From: Chlamydiota bacterium
Lineage (GTDB): Bacteria; Auribacterota; Tritonobacteria; UBA1439
DNA: 21,614 nt
NCBI GenBank assembly: GCA_037133055.1
Contig: JBAXOY010000046.1
Coordinates: 1-21,614 of the forward strand
Reading direction: 5' to 3'
Made by a program: the position numbers and the translations under genes. Below are positions 14,689 through 21,614 of the stretch, in pieces; the stretch's first letter is position 1, and the number at the start of each line of letters is the position of its first letter. The notes beneath the pieces are model-generated. The model saw nothing but the letters and a program-made list of their open reading frames with translations. It was not told the origin of the DNA and ran no database searches.

Positions 14689-17600
14689 TCAACGGGCGGT
14701 GTCGTGGAGGCGGGCGGCGCGGGCCTGGTGCATAAACGCCTCGAGCCGCGTGCTGTCGTCGATCCCCTTCTGGCCGTCGTAGGTCATGTTGAGCCAGGGA
14801 ATCTCCCTGAAATGCTCGCGGACCCTTTGCGAGACGGCGGCGGCGACCATCCCCGGCATGCAGGTGAACGGCATCGCGTTCACGATCCCCGTCGCCCCCC
14901 TCCGCATGTAATCGATCGCCTTGCCGATGGAGAGTATCGCCTCGCCCCCGAAGGTGTGGTGCAGGTAGGGGGCGCTCATGGCGAGCAGCTCCTCGATCCC
15001 CGTCTCGTGGAGGTTGAGGAGCATGCCGTCGAATATCCTGAGCAGCCGCGTCTCGTCGCGCTTCTGGACCTTCTGTTTGAGGTACCCCTTCACGAAGTCG
15101 ACGTGCCTTCCGGCGGCGAGGCTGTTCTCGAGATAGCGGTTCGTGGTGTAGAAAACCCACTCGGTGACCGGGGCGACCCACGCCTCGCCGCCGAGCCGCT
15201 CGATCAGGGCGACCAGGTCGTTATTGCAGAAGCGGTTGCTCCTGACGTAGATCTCACCCACCACTCCGATGACCGGCTTCCTCCCCCCGCGACGGTCGAT
15301 GCGGAGGGAGCGGAAGATATCGCACACCTCCTCCATCCGGGCGAAGATATGGTCCCCTCCCCCCTCGACCCCCTTCACCAACAGGCGGAGCGACTCCTCG
15401 AACGCGGCGTTCGTCTCGCCGGAGACGGTCTCGTAGGGGCGGTGCTCGCGCAGGAGTTTCTCCAGGATGTCCACGGAGAGGAGGCCGCGCCAGGCGAGGC
15501 GCCTGAACTCGTTCCCGTTGACCCCGATCGGCGAGGCGTACGAATTGCTTGACTCCGGGGCGACGATGGGGACATCTTTGAGCCCGAGGTCGTCGAGGAT
15601 CATGCGATGCATCTGGGCGTACTGCCCGAAGCGGCAGGGGCCGGTCGCCGTGGGCATGAAGAAGGCGGCCGTCCGGTGGTCGAAGCCCGGCTCGAAGAGC
15701 TTCTTCAGCATGTCGCCCGTCGTGGTGATGAAGGGCAGGCACTCCCTCCCCGAGGCGAACTGCCTCCCGATCTCGATCGTGCGCTCGTCCGACTCCGGCA
15801 GCGGCTCGGACGGGTACCCGAAGGCGCGCACGGCGGCGCTGAACGCGTGGGCGTGAAGCGACATCTGCGGGATATAGAGAACCCTCTTGTGCTTCGCCGC
15901 GACGTGCCGGAATTTCCAGTCGCGCGCCGGCGGGGCCGCGCGGTGGTTGGCGAGGCTGTCGAGGAACGCCTCGCAGCGTGTGATGATACCCGCGTCGGCG
16001 CTGTGCTCGTCGATCTCGAGCTGGAGGTAGGGCTTCCCCTCCATCTTGCTGCGGAAAAAGTGCTCGATGAACGAGTCGGGCCCGCATTTGAAGTTCGAGA
16101 GGTAGACCGCGAAGAGGCGCGGGTCGTTCCGCACGACATGGGCGGAGGAGAGGAGCCGCTGCCCGTACCGCCAGAACATGTTCGGGAACTGGTCATAGAT
16201 GTCCACCGTGTCCGTGTCGAGGAAGTCCTGGGGCAGCGGCGTCACCCCGAGCTCCCGGAGCTTCCGGGGCAGGTTGAGATTGACCCCCGCGTCGTAGTTG
16301 TTGTAGGGCCTCCCCAGGATGACCGTCGCCCGCTCCTCCGGGCCGAGCGCCGCGAGCGCCTTCTCTCCCCGCGCCCGCATCTCCCGCCTGAAGCGGTTCT
16401 GCGCATCCTCGGCGGCCGCGAGCGCCTCCCGCACCTGCCGGGATGATACCCCCATCGAACGCCCCATCGTCTTCAGGGACTTCTCGATGCTCCTCCTCCC
16501 CCGCAGGTACATGAGCGGGGGATCGAGGATCTTCACGCGGGCGCGATCGAGGTCAAGCGTGGAGCGGAGTATATACGGGATCGCCTGGACGAGCGGGCAG
16601 CAGTAGCTCTGGGATATGCGCGTCCGGGACCGCGCCATGCTGATCACGCTCGGGAGGAACAGGTAGTCGGGTTTCTCATCGAGGAGGCTCATCACGTGCC
16701 CGTGCACGATCTTGACGGGGAAACAGGTCTCCGTGGCCACCCTCTCCACAGAGGAGTGTATGATGCCGGGGTTGGTGCACTCCGAGAGCACCACCTCGAA
16801 GCCGAGCGCCCTGAAAAACCCCAGCCAGTACGGGAAGAAGTCGTACAGGTGCAAAACGCGGGGGATCCCGACACGCCCGCGCGGGGCCCCGGGAGGGGCA
16901 TAGCGGCGCACCGCGTCAAGCTCCTTCTGCGTCTCCCCCTCGCCCGCATCGAGGAGCAGCCGTTCCCGCGCGGCGAAATGGTCGGGGATGCCCCGGGCCC
17001 TCCGGTCGTCGTCCACCTCGTACCGCTCGCACCGCGCCCCGTAGTGGAGAGGGCGCTCGTCCCCGAATCTGACCCTCCTGATCTCGCAGAGGTTGTCGCA
17101 CCCCTTGCAGGTGAACGAGGTCGATTCACATACCCTCGCCGACAGGTCGAAGCCGTGGAATTTCTTCCCTCCCTCCCCCCTGGTCTCCCGCATCGCGAGA
17201 AGCGCGGCGCCGATCGCCCCGGTGACATCGTGGTGCGGGGGGACGATGATCCTCTTGCCGGTCACCTTCTCGAACGCCGCGACCACGCCCCGGTTCCAGG
17301 CGACCCCCCCCTGGAAGAAGATGACATCCCCGACCCGCCGGTCCCCGACGACCTTGTTCAGGTAGTTGTGCACGATGGAGTAGGCAAGCCCCGCCACGAG
17401 GTTCTTCTTGCTCAGGCCCTTCTGCTGGTGCGCCACGAGGTCGGACTCCATGAAGACCGTGCACCGGTCGCCGAACCGCCCGGGGTTTTCCGCCTGGAGG
17501 GCGAGCCGCCCGAACTCCTCTTCGATGCGTATGCCGAGCTTCTCGGCCTGCTCCTCGAGGAACGACCCCGTGCCCGCCGCGCAGACCTTGTTCATCTCGA

Positions 17601-18957
17601 AGTCCACGACGGCGCCGCGGTTCAGGCTGATGTACTTCGAGTCCTGGCCGCCGATCTCGAAGATGGTGTCGACGTCGGGGTTCAGATGGATCGCGGCGGT
17701 CGCCTGGGCGGTGATCTCGTTGCGGACCACGTCCGCGCCGATGTAATCGCCCGTGAGATGTCGGCCCGACCCGGTGGTCCCCACGCCGCAGACGCGGACG
17801 TTCCGCCCGATCTCGTCGCCCACTTCCTTCAGGCCCTGTCTCACCGCCTCCAGCGGCCTCCCCGCGGTGGGCAGGTAACGCCGGGCGAGCACGGCCCCCC
17901 CGGGGTCGATGACGACCACGTTCGTCGAGAGCGAGCCTATGTCGACCCCGACATAGGCCTCCGAAGGCTCCGCGGTGCACGCGGGGAGCCGCTTCACCGC
18001 GACATGGCCCGCCTCCTCCCGCGCATCGAGGCGCAACGGCTCGCTCCCGGCGCGCTCCGCGCGCGCTGACCCGAAATAGCTCGCGACCGCCTCATGCCCC
18101 CTGAAGCGGGCGGCGTTCTCGAAGCCCTGCTCCGCCGCGAAGAGCGCCGCGCCGATCGCCCCCATGGTCGCATGATGAAGAGGGACGATCATCTCCCCGC
18201 GCCGGAGCCCGAGCACGTCCTCGAACGCCCGCACCACGCCCGCGTTCGCCGCCACGCCGCCCTGGAAGACGATGGGCGGGGTGAATGTCCTCCCCTTCCC
18301 GACGTTGCTCCTGAAGCTGCGCGCGACGGCCCAGCAGAGCCCCGCGACGATATCGTAGTCGGGGGCGCCGATCTGCTGGAGGTGGATCATGTCCGACTTG
18401 GCGAAGACCGAGCACCGCCCGGCGATGCGCGGGGGGCGCTGCGACCTCAGGGCACATTCTCCGAACCCCTCCTCGATCGAGAGGCCGAGCCGGCTCGCCT
18501 GCTGGTCGAGGAACGACCCGGTGCCGGCCGCGCAGATGGTGTTCATCGAGAAGTCCTCGATGATCCCGCGGTTCGATGCGGGGTCATCGCGGACGAAGAT
18601 CAGCTTCGAGTCCTCCCCCCCCATCTCGATAATCGTTCGCGCGCCAGGGCAGAGCCGCGCCGCGCCGCGCGCCTGGGCGATGATCTCGTTCACGAAGTCC
18701 GCCCCGATGATCTCGCAGGCGAGCTTGCCCCCGGAGCCCGTTACGGCGAACGCCCGGATGCGCTCGATCGGGTGCTCCCGCAGAAGGTCGCGCAGCATCG
18801 TCTCCATCACGGAGAGCGGGTGTCCTCGGTGCCTGAGGTACCGGTCGCCGCGCAGCGCGCCTCGGGAATCGACGAGCGCCGTCTTCACGCTCACCGAACC
18901 CACGTCGATGCCGACGAAGAGAGTGTCCCCGTTCCGGTGCGCAGCCCCGGTGGTCAT
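14689..18957 (-). CDS. PlsA/Ger-type fused acyl-CoA dehydratase activase-reductase (plasmalogen synthase / glycerol ester reductase homologue), 1422 aa
   Basis: Start ATG 18957 with GGAG RBS. Two BcrAD/BadFG activase domains (GIDVGS..TGSG..GGEDSK..MNTICAAGTGSFL..RCSVF; GVDIGS..TGSG..GGQDSK..MNKVCAAGTGSFL..RCTVF), linker CKGCDNLC..CERY, DUF2229-like (GIPR, CFPVK, YCCP, FKCGPD, IDEH) and dehydratase-like C-terminus (ECLP, GPCRFGQY, VGEIYVR, PFTCMPG). Confidence 0.88.
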   Translation of the reverse strand: MTTGAAHRNGDTLFVGIDVGSVSVKTALVDSRGALRGDRYLRHRGHPLSVMETMLRDLLREHPIERIRAFAVTGSGGKLACEIIGADFVNEIIAQARGAARLCPGARTIIEMGGEDSKLIFVRDDPASNRGIIEDFSMNTICAAGTGSFLDQQASRLGLSIEEGFGECALRSQRPPRIAGRCSVFAKSDMIHLQQIGAPDYDIVAGLCWAVARSFRSNVGKGRTFTPPIVFQGGVAANAGVVRAFEDVLGLRRGEMIVPLHHATMGAIGAALFAAEQGFENAARFRGHEAVASYFGSARAERAGSEPLRLDAREEAGHVAVKRLPACTAEPSEAYVGVDIGSLSTNVVVIDPGGAVLARRYLPTAGRPLEAVRQGLKEVGDEIGRNVRVCGVGTTGSGRHLTGDYIGADVVRNEITAQATAAIHLNPDVDTIFEIGGQDSKYISLNRGAVVDFEMNKVCAAGTGSFLEEQAEKLGIRIEEEFGRLALQAENPGRFGDRCTVFMESDLVAHQQKGLSKKNLVAGLAYSIVHNYLNKVVGDRRVGDVIFFQGGVAWNRGVVAAFEKVTGKRIIVPPHHDVTGAIGAALLAMRETRGEGGKKFHGFDLSARVCESTSFTCKGCDNLCEIRRVRFGDERPLHYGARCERYEVDDDRRARGIPDHFAARERLLLDAGEGETQKELDAVRRYAPPGAPRGRVGIPRVLHLYDFFPYWLGFFRALGFEVVLSECTNPGIIHSSVERVATETCFPVKIVHGHVMSLLDEKPDYLFLPSVISMARSRTRISQSYCCPLVQAIPYILRSTLDLDRARVKILDPPLMYLRGRRSIEKSLKTMGRSMGVSSRQVREALAAAEDAQNRFRREMRARGEKALAALGPEERATVILGRPYNNYDAGVNLNLPRKLRELGVTPLPQDFLDTDTVDIYDQFPNMFWRYGQRLLSSAHVVRNDPRLFAVYLSNFKCGPDSFIEHFFRSKMEGKPYLQLEIDEHSADAGIITRCEAFLDSLANHRAAPPARDWKFRHVAAKHKRVLYIPQMSLHAHAFSAAVRAFGYPSEPLPESDERTIEIGRQFASGRECLPFITTTGDMLKKLFEPGFDHRTAAFFMPTATGPCRFGQYAQMHRMILDDLGLKDVPIVAPESSNSYASPIGVNGNEFRRLAWRGLLSVDILEKLLREHRPYETVSGETNAAFEESLRLLVKGVEGGGDHIFARMEEVCDIFRSLRIDRRGGRKPVIGVVGEIYVRSNRFCNNDLVALIERLGGEAWVAPVTEWVFYTTNRYLENSLAAGRHVDFVKGYLKQKVQKRDETRLLRIFDGMLLNLHETGIEELLAMSAPYLHHTFGGEAILSIGKAIDYMRRGATGIVNAMPFTCMPGMVAAAVSQRVREHFREIPWLNMTYDGQKGIDDSTRLEAFMHQARAARLHDTAR

Positions 18958-19790
18958 CTCCTGCTCCCCGTTGTTTTTGTGTGCCCCAGCGCCGCGTTGA
19001 GGCTCCCCATCCGGTACCCCTCGAGGTCGGCGGAGACCGAGTGGAAGCCCAGGCGCTTCAGTTCCCGCGACACCGGCCCCCTCAGGCGGGGGAAGAAGAG
19101 CCTTCCCACCTGGGCGGGGTCCACTTCGATCCTGGCCGTCCCGCCGTCCGCGCGCACGCGGACCCGCCTGAATCCCCGCGCCCGCAGCAGCTCCTCCGCC
19201 CGCTCGACGCGGCGCAAAATCCCGCGATCTATCGGCTGGCCGTAGGGCACGCGCGACGCGAGGCAGGCCATCGGCTCGCGGTCCCACCCGGGAAGGCCGA
19301 GCCGGCGAGAGAGAGCGCGGACGTCGCGCCGGGTGAACCCCGCGTCCCTGAGCGGGCTCACCGCGCGCATCTCCCGCGCGGCCCGCTCCCCGGGGCGGTA
19401 ATCGCCGAGGTCGTCCCGCTGCGACCCCAGGGCGATGCGGGCGATCCGTTCCCGGGCCGCGAGGGCCCGCAGCGCGCCGAGCAGTTCGCGCTTGCACCAG
19501 TAGCACCGGTCCGCGGGGTTGCGGGTGAACCGCGCATCATCGAGCTCAAAGGATTTGATGACGCGATGCCGGACTCCGAGCTTCCGCGCGAGGGCGCGCG
19601 CCTGTTTCCGCTCCGCGGCGGGGAATGTGGGGGAGTCGGCCGTCACGGCGAGCAGGCGCCGGCCGAGCACGGGGGCGGCGACCGCGAGCAGCAGCGTGCT
19701 GTCCACGCCGCCGGAGTAGGCGACGAGCAGGCTCCCGTAGGAGGAGATGATCCTTCTCAGCCGTTCATGTTTTTCGGTCAGCGTGATCAT
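18954..19790 (-). CDS. larE: LarE-like ATP-dependent sulfur transferase (PP-loop)
   Basis: AYSGGVDS, NPADRCYWCK, DDLGDYRPG, SPL, CLASRVPYG, VRVR, DLEGYRMGSLN. Start ATG 19790; ATGA overlap with the PlsA/Ger gene. Confidence 0.9.
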   Translation of the reverse strand: MITLTEKHERLRRIISSYGSLLVAYSGGVDSTLLLAVAAPVLGRRLLAVTADSPTFPAAERKQARALARKLGVRHRVIKSFELDDARFTRNPADRCYWCKRELLGALRALAARERIARIALGSQRDDLGDYRPGERAAREMRAVSPLRDAGFTRRDVRALSRRLGLPGWDREPMACLASRVPYGQPIDRGILRRVERAEELLRARGFRRVRVRADGGTARIEVDPAQVGRLFFPRLRGPVSRELKRLGFHSVSADLEGYRMGSLNAALGHTKTTGSRR

Positions 19791-19861
19791 GCGTGTATCC
19801 GCACGCGAAGCGTCGGGGGGGCGGATCTGCGGCCCGGGAAGGCGGGGATGCGCGCCCCCCC

Positions 19862-20491
19862 TCACCCGGCGCCGTCGAGGATCTGGATATTCAAGGCCGC
19901 GGGGTCGAGGAATTGCTCCCAGCTCACAAAGACCCCGCGCCTGAAGGCGATCTGGTTGAAGGGCGACCACCGGGGTTTCTTCGGCTGCCTCAGCAGGCCC
20001 ATGCCGGACATCTCGAGGGTCTTCTCGCCCTTCATGAGGTTGCACTCCACGCAGCTGCACACGATGTTCGTCCAGGTGGTCGTTCCCCCGAGTCGCCGGG
20101 GGACGACGTGGTCAAGGTTGAGCTCCTGCTCCCTGAAGGAGCGGCCGCAGTACTGGCAGGTGCTCCTGTCCCGGAGATAGATGTTCCTCCGGGTCAGCTT
20201 CACCTCCCTCGCGGGAAGGCGCTCGTAGGCGCGGAGGATGATGATCTCCGGAAGACGGATCCTCATCGTGACCGTGCCGATGAACGCCGCGCCGTTGCCG
20301 CCCCCCCACCGCATCTCCGTCCAGCGGGGGAAGTCGTACAGGTCGAACGAACCGTTCTCCCTGAAGACCACCTGTGCGGCGCCGCGGTACACGAGCGAAA
20401 ACGCCCTCCGCATCCCGCAGACGTGCACGGGCTGCCACAGGCGGTTCAACACAAGGACGCTTCGCGATAGGCCGGATTCATCCTGCTTCAT
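19862..20491 (-). CDS. HNH endonuclease (McrA-like, VLVLN-type)
   Basis: SVLVLN, LTRRNIYLRDRSTCQYCG, LNLDHVVPR..GG..TWTNIVCSCVECN..KG; start ATG 20491. Confidence 0.92.
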   Translation of the reverse strand: MKQDESGLSRSVLVLNRLWQPVHVCGMRRAFSLVYRGAAQVVFRENGSFDLYDFPRWTEMRWGGGNGAAFIGTVTMRIRLPEIIILRAYERLPAREVKLTRRNIYLRDRSTCQYCGRSFREQELNLDHVVPRRLGGTTTWTNIVCSCVECNLMKGEKTLEMSGMGLLRQPKKPRWSPFNQIAFRRGVFVSWEQFLDPAALNIQILDGAG

Positions 20492-20502
20492 AGGAGTGGC
20501 GT

Positions 20503-20532
20503 AGTATATCGCGGACGGAGGGTCGGAGTCAA
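20503..20532 (-). promoter_or_regulatory. Sigma70-type promoter upstream of the HNH gene (and possibly larE and plsA/ger)
   Basis: Minus strand TTGACT (20532-20527), 18 nt, TATACT (20508-20503); ATG 11 nt downstream and no Shine-Dalgarno. Confidence 0.6.
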
Positions 20533-20666
20533 ACGGATTCAAGACGAGCCCGGAACGCGGCCGGTTCCCGGAACCGCCGTGGAAGTCCGTTCGCCGGTCG
20601 GCGTGCCGCTTCCCCCGGGGGGAGAGCACCCGCCAGGGGAACCGGTGTCCGGTCGAGACGGGACGA

Positions 20667-20828
20667 CTACGCGCCTGACGCCGTCTCGCGATACGGCTCG
20701 GCGGAGTGCGCGCCCGAGGCGGTCTGCTTGTCGAGGCACCTGAGCAGCGTGCCCGCCGTCGGCCTGTACTCGCATCGGTCTTTCCTGATGCAATCCTCGC
20801 AATACTCGTGTGCCGCCTGCGCCGGCAT
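20667..20828 (-). CDS. Small Cys-rich hypothetical protein (53 aa)
   Basis: GGAGGGG RBS then ATG: MPAQAAHEYCEDCIRKDRCEYRPTAGTLLRCLDKQTASGAHSAEPYRETASGA*. CxxC-x5-C-x11-C pattern; same strand as neighbours; not in the ORF track. Confidence 0.55.
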   Translation of the reverse strand: MPAQAAHEYCEDCIRKDRCEYRPTAGTLLRCLDKQTASGAHSAEPYRETASGA

Positions 20829-20843
20829 CGTGCCCCTCCGGTT

Positions 20844-20892
20844 AAATCTCGGATTTCAGATCTCAAATCTCAGATCTCAAATCTGAAATCTC
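20844..20892. repeat. Heptamer tandem repeat (ARATCTC-like) x7
   Basis: aaatctc ggatttc agatctc aaatctc agatctc aaatctg aaatctc. Confidence 0.85.
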
Positions 20893-20935
20893 TCACCGGG
20901 CTATCATAGCTCACACCGCGGAGAAGTGAAAGGTT

Positions 20936-21412
20936 TTATTGCCTCCCGGCGGCGAGAAGGCCATACATCTCGTCAAGCGACTGGGGAGCGACCTTCGTCC
21001 CCGCCGTCACCGGCATGAAGTTGGTATCGCCCTGCCATCGCGGCACCACGTGGACGTGGACGTGGCCCGCGACGCCCGCGCCCGCGGCCTCCCCAAGGTT
21101 GATCCCGACGTTGAACCCCGCCGGGGAGAGCACGCGTTTCAGGAGCGCGACGGAATCCCTGACCATGACGATAAGCCCCTGGAGCTCCTCGACAGAAAGG
21201 TCCTCGATTCCGGCCGCATGCCTGAACGGGGCGACCATCAGGTGCCCGCCGTTATAGGGAAACCGGTTGAGCATCGAGAAGCAGGTCGCCGCCCGGGCGA
21301 TGATGTGGTTCGCGCGGTCGCCGCCGCCCCGGGGCTTGTCGCAGAAGATGCATCCCTCGGGCGCCCCCTGCCCGATATACGCGCTCCGCCACGGCGCCCA
21401 GAGATGTTCCAT
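20936..21412 (-). CDS. HIT family hydrolase (Fhit/Ap4A phosphorylase-like)
   Basis: LWAPWR, CIFC, LNRFPYNGGHLMVAP, GFNVGINLGEAAGAG, HVHVHVVPRW.GD.NFM. Confidence 0.94.
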   Translation of the reverse strand: MEHLWAPWRSAYIGQGAPEGCIFCDKPRGGGDRANHIIARAATCFSMLNRFPYNGGHLMVAPFRHAAGIEDLSVEELQGLIVMVRDSVALLKRVLSPAGFNVGINLGEAAGAGVAGHVHVHVVPRWQGDTNFMPVTAGTKVAPQSLDEMYGLLAAGRQ

Positions 21413-21429
21413 GGCCCCCCCCTTGTACT

Positions 21430-21471
21430 TAATCCCAGATCTGGGATCTGGGATTTTAAATCTGAGATCTG
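21430..21471. repeat. Heptamer tandem repeat (RGATCTG-like) x6
   Basis: taatccc agatctg ggatctg ggatttt aaatctg agatctg; same family as 20844-20892. Confidence 0.75.
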
Positions 21472-21511
21472 TCCCGCCATGCGGCGGGACAGCCCGCCTT
21501 TATGGCGGGCT
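21471..21511. repeat. Two adjacent REP-like palindromes (CCCGCC-N4/5-GGCGGG)
   Basis: gtcccgcc-atgc-ggcgggac (21471-21490) and agcccgcc-tttat-ggcgggct (21491-21511), each with an 8-bp perfect stem. Confidence 0.75.
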
Positions 21512-21520
21512 GAGATCCCG

Positions 21521-21613
21521 TCAATGCCCGCCGCACGTCCCGCACCGCCCCGGCGAGGGACGGCATCCGGCGCACCCCCCGCCCCCCGTCGATCCGCGAC
21601 GCATCGAGCCCGA
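21521..21613 (-). CDS. 3' end of a probable FmdB-like zinc-ribbon protein (runs off the right edge)
   Basis: Reads ...SGSMRRGSTGGGGCAGCRPSPGRCGTCGGH*. A Gly/Ser linker plus CxxC-x6-CxxC tail resembles FmdB-family C-termini; only 30 codons are visible. Confidence 0.4.
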   Translation of the reverse strand, partial: SGSMRRGSTGGGGCAGCRPSPGRCGTCGGH

Positions 21614-21614
21614 G

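Noticed and set aside
18958..19506. N-terminal 183 aa of the 1605-aa ORF
   Set aside because: Out-of-frame overlap with larE and low-complexity Arg/Gly/Pro sequence; the real start is ATG 18957 with an RBS.
19862..20491. HNH gene as a mobile element, intron-encoded or IscB/Cas9-like nuclease
   Set aside because: It is a short stand-alone VLVLN-type HNH with no RuvC motifs, terminal repeats or interrupted host gene.
20533..20666. Structured ncRNA or riboswitch upstream of the HNH gene
   Set aside because: Only short GC-rich stems expected at this base composition; no recognisable family motif, and it lies upstream of the predicted promoter.
20936..21412. HIT gene as part of an inositol-lipid operon, as with mycobacterial Rv2613c next to pgsA
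   Set aside because: It is 13 kb from the transferase and on the opposite strand, and this HIT subfamily is widespread.

Overview
GC-rich bacterial DNA from a probably diderm, anaerobic organism (Lol-type lipoprotein genes, several O2-sensitive Fe-S enzymes); the taxon cannot be fixed from sequence alone. Left to right: partial xdhC, mocA-like nucleotidyltransferase, upp, ino1 (inositol-3-phosphate synthase), a CHASE4/PAS/GAF histidine kinase with two stand-alone receivers, a PIP-synthase-like CDP-alcohol phosphotransferase, a radical SAM/SPASM protein coupled to a clear homologue of the tetraether lipid synthase Tes (GDGT-MAS/MJ0619 family), a divergent five-gene Lol-like export operon, a 1422-aa PlsA/Ger-type ester-to-ether reductase, a LarE-like sulfur transferase, an HNH nuclease, an unannotated 53-aa Cys-rich ORF, a HIT hydrolase and a probable partial zinc-ribbon gene. 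The main observation is that ether-bond formation (PlsA/Ger), tail-to-tail coupling (Tes), inositol head-group synthesis (Ino1 plus PIP synthase) and a lipid-export-like module lie within about 17 kb. This is a candidate bacterial gene cluster for membrane-spanning ether lipids (brGDGT-like) with an inositol head group. Family assignments come from motif recognition and remembered reference sequences, not from database searches.
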